A stretch of DNA of 41,206 nucleotides. Origin: a candidate division WWE3 bacterium (lineage in GTDB: Bacteria; Patescibacteriota; WWE3; UBA101185; UBA10185). Positions 24,470 through 32,271 of the stretch are shown in pieces; the stretch's first letter is position 1, and each line of letters opens with the position of its first letter. The position numbers were made by a program, and so were the translations under genes. Below the pieces are notes generated by a model. The model made no database searches and was not told the DNA's origin. It worked only from the letters and a program-made list of their open reading frames with translations. The DNA lies in NCBI GenBank assembly GCA_003564915.1, contig PXDX01000118.1:1-41206 (forward strand). The letters run 5' to 3'.

Positions 24470-26884
24470 TTACCATCCTTGAGATATTTCTATTCGGGAT
24501 TGATCTATAAATAGTGTTTTATGAATCTTTCCTTGGGTGTTGATCCTCACATTTTTTGTCTGCAGAGGTTCAGTGGGGCCCGGTTCTCCCGTGGAGCGGT
24601 ATTTTAGAAGAGATATTCCTTCCCATTCCAGATAGAAAGGCTCTTTGTACTCTTCCCAGTACTCCTCGTATATTGAGTAAAAAGTTTTCGCAGGTTTATC
24701 CGTTGAGAGGGTTACCAAAGGAAATTCTATATACCAGTGATCTTTCATCTCTCCCGTCAAAACGGCTGTCGTGTTTGGATGTGTATCCGTGGCTGTTCCG
24801 AAGACCGCGAACTGGCTGATATGAGAAATCGTCCCTTTTATAGTTGAGCTTCCGTAGTCAAAAAGTGAGGGAACCGTATCCCATTTTGATTTTTTTTCAT
24901 CCCAACGGTACAGACCCAAAGTATCTAATTTAATTTTACTTAACATATCTTTATTTAGATGGATCCTTATAATAATGGCTTGTTCCAACTCATGGATGAT
25001 ATTTCCCATTCTGTCTGTTGCTTCAATTATGAACGACGTACCTTCCACGTAGTCTTTTCCGGGATTGGTTTGGCGAGCCCCCTTTGCCAGATAGAAAGTC
25101 GACGGTGTTCGGGTTGTGTCCTTAGGGATCTGTAGGGTAAAGTTACCAAGTTCAATGGAAAGAGGTTCCCCCAGAAAATCCTTTTTAATATAATCGGCGC
25201 GGGTGGAGCTTTCCCAAAGATCCTGACTTTCCAGTCCGCAAAAGGACCCTAGAGGATCGTTCCAGCAATAGTATTTCCATGGATCATACATTTTTATACT
25301 TCTCCATCCGAAGGGATCGGTCAAACTTGAAGGATCTCTCCCTTTGTAATAGTTGGGTTCCCCCTCTATCAGTCTTGTTTCAAAATGAAGATGCGGTCCC
25401 GTAGTATTTCCCGTCATTCCCACCCTACCTACTATATCTCCTTTACTGATAGGTTTTCCCATTTCTCCCGGTTGCGCAAAAAGCTCGTCTCTTTGAAGGT
25501 GCATATACACTGTTCTGTATCCTTCAGCATGGTCTATATATTGAGAATATCCGCATGGAGGGCAGTATAGATAGTAAATAAGCCCATCAGCGGGAGCTAA
25601 AATGTTCGTTCCGTACGGCAGACCAAAGTCGTGTCCGTTATGTCCGCTATAGTACATTTTTGGCTCCGGCTCCTCTTGTCCTAGAAAATTTACCGTCGTC
25701 AGAGAGTGTTCCGGCGGTTCCAAGTAATTGACGTACCCAAAAAAAGGATATGCATGATCAAAAAAGGCTGTGATCTTATCTATTAAATCTCCTTCCTCTT
25801 GCCCTTCCCAGAGTGGTCCGAAAATGGGATTCTTTTTGTAGTGGATTTTTACTTTTTTACGATATATACCTGCTGAGGGAATTGCTGCGAAAAGAGTAGG
25901 TTCACTGCTGTCGATAATTACTAAAGAAGAGAATCCGTCCGGCGCATAGATGCCGTACGGCCCCGTTGTCGTCCATAAAGAGCCTTTATCCTGCGATTCA
26001 AAGATTCTAAGCTGGTTTGTTGTTCTATCTCTTGCGGCCACAAAATATTTTATTCCGTATTTGAGAAATCTCTCCGCACTTTGGTTTGTGGGTAAGAAGA
26101 TTGAACGGATCGGGGTCTTGTGATCTTCAGCATACCGAACTCCTATATACTTTGTGCTAATGTAGGATCCGGTAATCTCAAGTAGGATTTGATTGATGTA
26201 AGAAGCCGGGATTTTATCGTACTCCTCCCAAGTCTTTCCCTTGTCTGTTGAGATAAATATATTGTTAGGCTCTCTCGCGTAAGCAAAATTTTCCCAGACC
26301 CTCACTTCCAATATATTCTTCAGCCTTTCTTTTAATTCCTCTATATGTGTCCAGCTTGCGCCGCTATCATGGGAGATCCATAGACCTTCTTTGTATGTTC
26401 CCAAAAGTATTGTTCCTTCGTATGCGCTAACGGATACAGCACGTACGGAGGGTCCGATATTTTCCCATTTACTTCCGTAATCGATACTGCGATATAGGCC
26501 CGGGGGGTTTCCTTGAGTGAGGTCTCCTGTATTAACTGCAGCATATAGAATTCCGTTTGAGAAAGCCAGGTCAGAAACCCCATGTTTTTCCAGCCCTCTT
26601 TTGAACCAGGCAGCACCCTCATCAGGAGAGAAGAAGATCCCATTATAAGGATTGTCCCAATACTTCCAATTGTTGTGGCCGGCAAAAAGTCCTTTTTCGG
26701 TTACTATTATAGAACTTATTCCTTCTCTAGTCATTCCTGTAACGACCCAGTCCTCAGAATCGCTATAGCAAAGACTTGCGTTGTTCAATGAAAAGACAAG
26801 CAGAACAAGAACGAACACTTTAAGCACATTATGTCTTATCGGCCTTGTTCGTAACCTGGTTTTTACTTTCCGAAAGCTTGGCAT
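24470..26884 (-). CDS. Secreted multidomain protein: BNR/Asp-box beta-propeller plus M23 metallopeptidase plus C-terminal beta-rich region
   Basis: Signal/anchor sequence (VLKVFVLVLLVFSL). Five Asp-box repeats: SPDEGAAW, SIDYGSKW, SHDSGASW, STDKGKTW and SQDKGSLW. M23 motifs: HNGHDFG (HxxxD) and GPHLHFE (HxH). Confidence 0.75.
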   Translation of the reverse strand: MPSFRKVKTRLRTRPIRHNVLKVFVLVLLVFSLNNASLCYSDSEDWVVTGMTREGISSIIVTEKGLFAGHNNWKYWDNPYNGIFFSPDEGAAWFKRGLEKHGVSDLAFSNGILYAAVNTGDLTQGNPPGLYRSIDYGSKWENIGPSVRAVSVSAYEGTILLGTYKEGLWISHDSGASWTHIEELKERLKNILEVRVWENFAYAREPNNIFISTDKGKTWEEYDKIPASYINQILLEITGSYISTKYIGVRYAEDHKTPIRSIFLPTNQSAERFLKYGIKYFVAARDRTTNQLRIFESQDKGSLWTTTGPYGIYAPDGFSSLVIIDSSEPTLFAAIPSAGIYRKKVKIHYKKNPIFGPLWEGQEEGDLIDKITAFFDHAYPFFGYVNYLEPPEHSLTTVNFLGQEEPEPKMYYSGHNGHDFGLPYGTNILAPADGLIYYLYCPPCGYSQYIDHAEGYRTVYMHLQRDELFAQPGEMGKPISKGDIVGRVGMTGNTTGPHLHFETRLIEGEPNYYKGRDPSSLTDPFGWRSIKMYDPWKYYCWNDPLGSFCGLESQDLWESSTRADYIKKDFLGEPLSIELGNFTLQIPKDTTRTPSTFYLAKGARQTNPGKDYVEGTSFIIEATDRMGNIIHELEQAIIIRIHLNKDMLSKIKLDTLGLYRWDEKKSKWDTVPSLFDYGSSTIKGTISHISQFAVFGTATDTHPNTTAVLTGEMKDHWYIEFPLVTLSTDKPAKTFYSIYEEYWEEYKEPFYLEWEGISLLKYRSTGEPGPTEPLQTKNVRINTQGKIHKTLFIDQSRIEISQGW

Positions 26885-26950
26885 TTGACGAAATTTTCCA
26901 CATTAGTGTTGGATATTTCAATGGGGGTTATTCTATTATCACAAGATAGT

Positions 26951-26959
26951 TGGTAGAAT
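26951..26959 (+). promoter_or_regulatory. Extended -10 TGgTAGAAT, 8 nt upstream of the ATG at 26968
   Basis: TGGTAGAAT-aactcacg-ATG. Confidence 0.45.
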
Positions 26960-26967
26960 AACTCACG

Positions 26968-28275
26968 ATGGGAATTTTAGATAAGATCTATAAAAGTTAT
27001 AATGAACTCCCCGAACCTCAAATTGAGGGTATAGTTCATACCATTCTCAAGGAACAGCCTGTTACTAGCGGCTCTTTAATACGATCTACGGGATTGCCCA
27101 AAGAAACTCTTAGAAAGTTCAAGATCGCGATCTCGCCATTTTTGGAAGATACGAAAGAAGACAAGATAAGTTTTAAACAAAAGTTTGTACAGGAGCTCTC
27201 CAATGAGAACCCGCAACCGTATAAATGGTCTTTGGTCTCTTTTGAGAGAGAAGATGTTGAAGAGATTTTAAAAGGGATTCGCAACTCCTATGGATCTGGT
27301 CCAAAAAGAAAGTATGATCAATTTTTTGCAACAGAGGAATCTACCGTAAAAAAAGCCCTCGTAATGAAAGAGAGGGGAGACATTAAAGGTAGAAGGATTG
27401 CCCTACTGGGAGATGATGATCTTCTATCTGTTGCCTTAGGACTTTTGGGAATAGAATATTCGCAGATACTTGTACTGGATATAGATAAAGAGTTGCTGAA
27501 GTCTATAGATAAAGCGGTTGAAGAGCATGGGCTGCACAACATTAGAACCGAGTTTTATGATGCCCGGAGAAGTTTGCGCCCCGATTTGAGGAACAGATTT
27601 GATGTTGTTGTAACGGATCCTCCTTATACTGTTGCAGGAGTGAATCTATTTTTGCAACGGAGTTTGGATCTTATATCGGCAGGTCTTGGAGGTCGCCTGT
27701 ATTTTTATTATGGGAACAGTTATAAAACTCCGGAGAAAACTTTCAAGATCCAAGAAAGCATTACCGCATTTGGACTTCTGATCCTGGAGAAAATAGATCG
27801 TTTTATAAGTTATTACGGAGCAGAATCAATCGGGAGTTCCAGCTCTCTTTATCTTTTGGAAAGGGGAGCTTCTGCGTCCCGTAATTTTCAATACCCTGCA
27901 GTAAAAGAAATATATACTTATCAAAAAAGGCATGAGGCTGATTTCCCTTTTGTTGAGCACTTTGTGTTTAAGATTTATGATGTGCCGGACTCAATGGTAA
28001 ATTCCAAGAGCCGGATACAAAAAGCCTTGGGAAAGTTTTGCCAATATCATAAATTGAAGGTAGTGAATACGGAAGTTACTCGTTTTTCGGGAGGAGGCTA
28101 TACTTTTAATTATACTTTGTCCAACTCTAATCTTACTGTACATACCTGGCCTGAGTTGAATGCCCTTCATTTCGTTCTGGTGACTTGTACTGCCGTTGTA
28201 AATCCCGAAAGGCTCCATGAGAATTTAAGTTCTCTGTTTAAGACGGAGAAAATAGAGATAGAGAAAATAGAGTAG
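26968..28275 (+). CDS. Fusion protein: BpsA/DUF43-like aminopropyltransferase (N-terminal wHTH plus Rossmann domain) with a C-terminal S-adenosylmethionine decarboxylase-like (SpeH/SpeD class 1) domain
   Basis: The N-terminal two thirds carry IALLGDDDLLSVAL (GDDD motif) and FDVVVTDPPYT. The C-terminal ~110 aa read VEHFVFKIYDV...RFSGGGYTFNYTLSNSNLTVHTWPELNALHFVLVTCT, which parallels AdoMetDC F.[21 protein letters not shown]...D.FTCG. Confidence 0.6.
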   Translation: MGILDKIYKSYNELPEPQIEGIVHTILKEQPVTSGSLIRSTGLPKETLRKFKIAISPFLEDTKEDKISFKQKFVQELSNENPQPYKWSLVSFEREDVEEILKGIRNSYGSGPKRKYDQFFATEESTVKKALVMKERGDIKGRRIALLGDDDLLSVALGLLGIEYSQILVLDIDKELLKSIDKAVEEHGLHNIRTEFYDARRSLRPDLRNRFDVVVTDPPYTVAGVNLFLQRSLDLISAGLGGRLYFYYGNSYKTPEKTFKIQESITAFGLLILEKIDRFISYYGAESIGSSSSLYLLERGASASRNFQYPAVKEIYTYQKRHEADFPFVEHFVFKIYDVPDSMVNSKSRIQKALGKFCQYHKLKVVNTEVTRFSGGGYTFNYTLSNSNLTVHTWPELNALHFVLVTCTAVVNPERLHENLSSLFKTEKIEIEKIE

Positions 28276-28284
28276 TGCTAAAAT
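28276..28284 (+). promoter_or_regulatory. Extended -10 TGcTAAAAT, 6 nt upstream of the antiporter ATG
   Basis: TGCTAAAAT-agacct-ATG. It begins 1 nt after the upstream stop codon. Confidence 0.45.
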
Positions 28285-28290
28285 AGACCT

Positions 28291-29523
28291 ATGCAACCAA
28301 TTCTGCCTGCCTTTTTTCTAATATTGCTGACCGGCCTCTTTTCCTCAACTTTACTTAGAAAACTAAATTTACCCTGGGTTGCTACTCTTATAGTAGGAGG
28401 AATTGCTATCGGACCCAATGGTTTAGGTCTATTCACCCCGGATCCCACAATAGAATTTATATCTGAACTAGGACTGATCTTCCTTATGTTTATGGCTGGT
28501 CTTGAGGTTAAAGTTACAGAGTTCAAAAAGTCCGCACCCAGGCTTTTTTTGCTGTCATTTATTAACGGCTTGATTCCTTTTGTAGTGGGAATTGCTATCG
28601 CATACTATTATGGATACTCCTTTACTACACTGCTTCTTTTAGGAACCGTTTTTATATCATCTTCTATAGCGGTTGTTGTTCCGACTTTGGAGGCGAATGA
28701 TTCATTCAGTTTGAAGATAGGCAATGCAGTAATGACCACCAGCATCATTCAAGATGTCTTTAGCTTAATTCTTCTTTCAATAATACTTCAGGACATAAAA
28801 CCCATGTCGGCCCTTGCTCCGTATCTCTTTTATCCTTTACTGGTGGTTGTATTGATCTCTTTGAAGGTATTTTTACCCAAAATCCAAAGATTTTTCTATT
28901 CCTTGAATTCAAAAAGAGATACATTTCAGGATCAACTTCGGACGGTTTTTCTAGTTTTGATAGGTACAGTCATCATTTTTCAACTTTTAGGATTGCATCC
29001 TATCGTTGGGGGTTTCTTTGCAGGAATGGTTTTATCAGAGTCCCTAAAAGATGAGGTTTTACTCGCCAAGATAAAAGCCTTAAGTTATGGATTTTTTATT
29101 CCTACTTTCTTTATATATATGGGCACTCAAACCGATGTGTCGCTTGTTTTAGAGTCCAGTTCCTCCCTTTCCATTATATTGGTTGTGGTTGTAGGTTCAA
29201 TTTTATCTAAGTTTCTTAGCGGTTGGCTGGGTGCATGGTTAGTAGGTTTCAACCCCTCGGAAGGGCTGTTCTTTGGAGCCTCATCAATACCGCAACTTTC
29301 CACGACCTTAGCCGTGGCTCATACAGCACATTCGGTTGGTTTGATGGATGACAGGTTAATAACGGCACTCGTTGTACTGAGCGTAGTTACAACGATTATT
29401 GGGCCGGCTCTGATGGTTTTCTTCCGTAGTGCTGATTTCCTGAAGTTGCGCAAAGAAAAATCGCTTTTTCTGAGAAGTTTGATATCCGTAAAACATAAGG
29501 AGCCTTCCGAAGTTTTGAGCTAA
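28291..29523 (+). CDS. Cation:proton antiporter (CPA2 / Kef-type Na+/H+ exchanger family)
   Basis: 410 aa with about 11-12 TM helices. It contains LGLIFLMFMAGLE and GGFFAGMVLSE, typical of Na_H_Exchanger proteins. Confidence 0.8.
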   Translation: MQPILPAFFLILLTGLFSSTLLRKLNLPWVATLIVGGIAIGPNGLGLFTPDPTIEFISELGLIFLMFMAGLEVKVTEFKKSAPRLFLLSFINGLIPFVVGIAIAYYYGYSFTTLLLLGTVFISSSIAVVVPTLEANDSFSLKIGNAVMTTSIIQDVFSLILLSIILQDIKPMSALAPYLFYPLLVVVLISLKVFLPKIQRFFYSLNSKRDTFQDQLRTVFLVLIGTVIIFQLLGLHPIVGGFFAGMVLSESLKDEVLLAKIKALSYGFFIPTFFIYMGTQTDVSLVLESSSSLSIILVVVVGSILSKFLSGWLGAWLVGFNPSEGLFFGASSIPQLSTTLAVAHTAHSVGLMDDRLITALVVLSVVTTIIGPALMVFFRSADFLKLRKEKSLFLRSLISVKHKEPSEVLS

Positions 29524-29651
29524 TGGAGCAAGATACTTACAGTGTTTCATTCGCTTGGATTTAATTAAAATTTCAGATCAGTTTTAATATTCGGATCTTG
29601 TATGGTATAGTGGGGATGCCTCAATTCGAGGCCTATACTTCAAGCAAGTTA

Positions 29652-29680
29652 TTGACTTGCCTCTGTTTAGTTGGTATTTT
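29652..29680 (+). promoter_or_regulatory. Candidate 16S rRNA promoter: TTGACT-17 nt (with TGg)-TATTTT
   Basis: -35 TTGACT at 29652-29657 and -10 TATTTT at 29675-29680, preceded by TGg. A second TGcTAAATG box follows at 29680-29688. Confidence 0.35.
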
Positions 29681-29750
29681 GCTAAATGCAGTAGATCAAC
29701 GATATTATCTGGTTTAATTTCTTAGCCCAGGTTTGTTGACACTATATGTC

Positions 29751-29763
29751 GCACTTTGAAAAT
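29751..29763 (+). promoter_or_regulatory. boxA-like antitermination element in the 16S leader
   Basis: GCACTTTGAAAAT compared with the rrn boxA consensus TGCTCTTTAACAA. It is similar to the element at 34736. Confidence 0.3.
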
Positions 29764-29832
29764 ATACTATAGAGCAAATCGTTTGTGCTTTTAGAAGCTA
29801 TATATTAGGATCTCGCTTTTAAGCGATTTTCC

Positions 29833-29861
29833 AATTCGAGCAACTAAAGGCAAAAAGAATG
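29833..29861 (+). other. 5' arm of the 16S precursor processing stem
   Basis: AATTCGAG...AAGGCAAAAAGAATG is complementary to CATTCTTTTTGCCTT...CTCGAATT at 31531-31559. Confidence 0.7.
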
Positions 29862-29862
29862 T

Positions 29863-31321
29863 TTTTTTGAGAATTTGATCCTGGTTCAGGATTAATGCTA
29901 GCGGCGTGCCTAAGGTATGCAAGTCGAACGGATTATTACACAGTCTAGCTTGCTAGACACCGTAATAATTAGTGGCGAACGGCTGAGTAATACATAGGAA
30001 TCTACCCCTAACTCGGGAATAACCAATCGAAAGATTGGCTAATACCCGATGTGGAGGAAACTCCAAAGATTTATCGGTTAGGGAAGAGCCTGTGGCCTAT
30101 CAGCTAGTTGGTGGGGTAATTGCCCACCAAGGCTATGACGGGTACCGGGCCTGAGAGGGCGTACCGGCAGAGGGGCACTGAGACACGGGCCTCACTCCTA
30201 CGGGAGGCAGCAATCGGGAATCTTGCGCAATGGACGAAAGTCTGACGCAGCGACGCCGCGTGGAGGATGAATGCCTTCGGGTTGTAAACTCACGTCAAAA
30301 AGCACCGGCTAACTACGTGCCAGCAGCAGCGGTCAAACGTAGGGTGCAAGCATTATCCGGATTTACTGGGCGTAAAGAGTTCTGTAGGCGGCAGTATAAG
30401 TTGGAGGTTAAATCTTTCGGCCCAACCGAAAGGCTGCTTTCAATACTGTATTGCTAGAGTCAGCTAGGGGACAGTGGAATTCGTGGTGGAGCGGTGAAAT
30501 GCGTTGATATCACGAGGAACACCAAGGGGGAAGCCAACTGTCTGGGGCTGTACTGACGCTGAGAGACGAAAGCTAGGGGAGAGAAAAGGATTAGATACCC
30601 TTGTATTCCTAGCTGTAAACTATGCCTGCTAGATACTTGGTTTTTAAACTGAGCGTCGAAGCTAACGCGTTAAGCAGGCCGCCTGGGGAGTACTACCGCA
30701 AGGTTGAAACTCAAAGGAATTGGCGGGGACCCGCACAAGCGGTGGAGCATGCTCTTTAATTGGTTGCTAACCCAAGAACCTTACCCAGACTTGACATGTT
30801 TGTAGTAGTGAACCGAAAGGGGAACGATCCTAATTTATTAGGAAGCATACACAGGTGTTGCATGGCTGTCGTCAGCTCGTACCGTGAGGCGTACCCTTAA
30901 GTGGGTTAACGAGCGCAACCCCTACTGCTAGTTGTATCACTTTAGCGGAACTGCCATCGTAAGATGGAGGAAGGTGGGGACGACGTCAAGTCGGTATTGC
31001 CCTTATGTCTGGGGCCAGAAGCATGCTACAATGGCGCGTACAATGAGTTGCTTTGCTGCGAAGCACGGCTAATCTTTTAAAACGCGTCTCAGTTCGGATT
31101 GAAGTCTGCAATTCGACTTCATGAAGTTGGAATCGCTAGTAATCGTCGGTCAGCTATACGACGGTGAATACGTTCTCGGGTCTTGCACACACTGCCCGTC
31201 ACATCAGCAAAGCTGAGGTCGCCTGAAGTACCTCTTTAGAGGTCCCATGGTGAAATCAGTGATGAGGGTGAAGTCGTAACAAGGTAGCCGTAGGGGAATC
31301 TGCGGCTGGATCACCTCCTTT
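29863..31321 (+). rRNA. rrs: 16S ribosomal RNA, about 1459 nt, short and divergent
   Basis: Runs from the 5' TTTGAGAATTTGATCCTGGTTCAGG to the 3' GGATCACCTCCTTT. Conserved blocks are recognisable throughout: 341 region, 515 region, 785 region, 907-926, 1050-1100, 1390-1407 and the anti-SD. Ends are accurate to about 5 nt. Confidence 0.95.
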
Positions 31322-31530
31322 CTAAGGAGTAATTATGTGTTTTTGATCCTCAGAAGCTTTTTTGCATGAACTTGCAAAAAAATCTGTGGAAAAAAGAAAC
31401 ACCTCTCAATTTTGACTATCCCTATAAAGATTGAGTAGTAAAGCTGTTATCTCACATACAGCTTTGGGAGGGTTCGCGAGTGAGCCGTTGCGTGTTGAAT
31501 ATTGACACACAACAAAAACTCGCAAATGAG

Positions 31531-31559
31531 CATTCTTTTTGCCTTCGGTTTCTCGAATT
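31531..31559 (+). other. 3' arm of the 16S precursor processing stem
   Basis: Complementary to 29833-29861. Confidence 0.7.
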
Positions 31560-31661
31560 TTGATATGACATATCAAGTCTAGTTAATCTATACCCGCTAT
31601 AGGTGACTCTCGGTTTTTTGATTATCTTTTTAGAGTTGCTCTATATCTAAGAATAAAATTA

Positions 31662-31690
31662 CCCGCCAATAAAACGGCGGGATTTTTTTA
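31662..31690 (+). terminator. Intrinsic terminator after 16S, probably bidirectional
   Basis: CCCGCC-aataaaac-GGCGGG followed by ATTTTTTTA. On the minus strand the same hairpin is followed by TAATTTTATT. It sits between the convergent 16S and the minus-strand genes. Confidence 0.65.
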
Positions 31691-31817
31691 TTTCCCTTAT
31701 TCGGTAAATAGGGGATTTGCTTTTTGAACCATAAAGTCTTGAATCTTTTAGTAGGGTCGTTTTTGGCCGGATTCTAGATTAGCTTAGGGCTTGAAGAAAG
31801 TTACTTGATTCAGATCA

Positions 31818-32024
31818 CTATCGGTTCTTAAACTTCTCATAAACTTGGGGAGCCATTTTTATAAGGATTAGAAATATTGCTGTCAAGGCGATAAAAAAGA
31901 AGAGCGTATTTATGAGATCATCTACTGTGGAGATGTTTAAGAATCGGTTAATATTCAGTATTGCGGATAGCAGCATCGGAATAAGTAATTTTCGAACCGT
32001 TCTGTTCGATGCAAGGTTGTCCAT
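31818..32024 (-). CDS. Small hypothetical membrane protein (68 aa)
   Basis: ATG at 32024 with TATAAT 6 nt upstream. There are two hydrophobic segments (LLIPMLLSAIL and LFFFIALTAIFLILI). Confidence 0.45.
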   Translation of the reverse strand: MDNLASNRTVRKLLIPMLLSAILNINRFLNISTVDDLINTLFFFIALTAIFLILIKMAPQVYEKFKNR

Positions 32025-32030
32025 GGTCAA

Positions 32031-32036
32031 ATTATA
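32031..32036 (-). promoter_or_regulatory. -10 box TATAAT, 6 nt upstream of the small ORF ATG
   Basis: The minus strand reads TATAAT-ttgacc-ATG. Confidence 0.4.
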
Positions 32037-32082
32037 CTACAGTGACTCTTTACTTGGGAGAGAATTCTACCGCAGTTATTCT

Positions 32083-32158
32083 GGTGGGCGTTCATGGACT
32101 CGAACCATGGACCTCTCCCTTATCAGAGGAGTGCTCTAACCAACTGAGCTAAACGCCC
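32083..32158 (-). tRNA. tRNA-Ile (GAT), inverted relative to the flanking rRNA genes
   Basis: The reverse complement is GGGCGTTTAGCTCAGTTGGTTAGAGCACTCCTCTGATAAGGGAGAGGTCCATGGTTCGAGTCCATGAACGCCCACCA. The anticodon loop is CTGATAA. CCA is encoded. Confidence 0.9.
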
Positions 32159-32271
32159 TTGAAAAATAAATACTTCGATAAATCCGCTAAACAAAAAGCA
32201 TTATAGACTATAACGCTATTTTACACCAAATCTGACGCGGTACTTATCTTTGTATTCCTACTGAAGAAAGC

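Noticed and set aside
30230-30457. 75-aa ORF inside the 16S gene
   Set aside because: It lies entirely within conserved 16S rRNA sequence (341-530 region), so it is a chance open frame.
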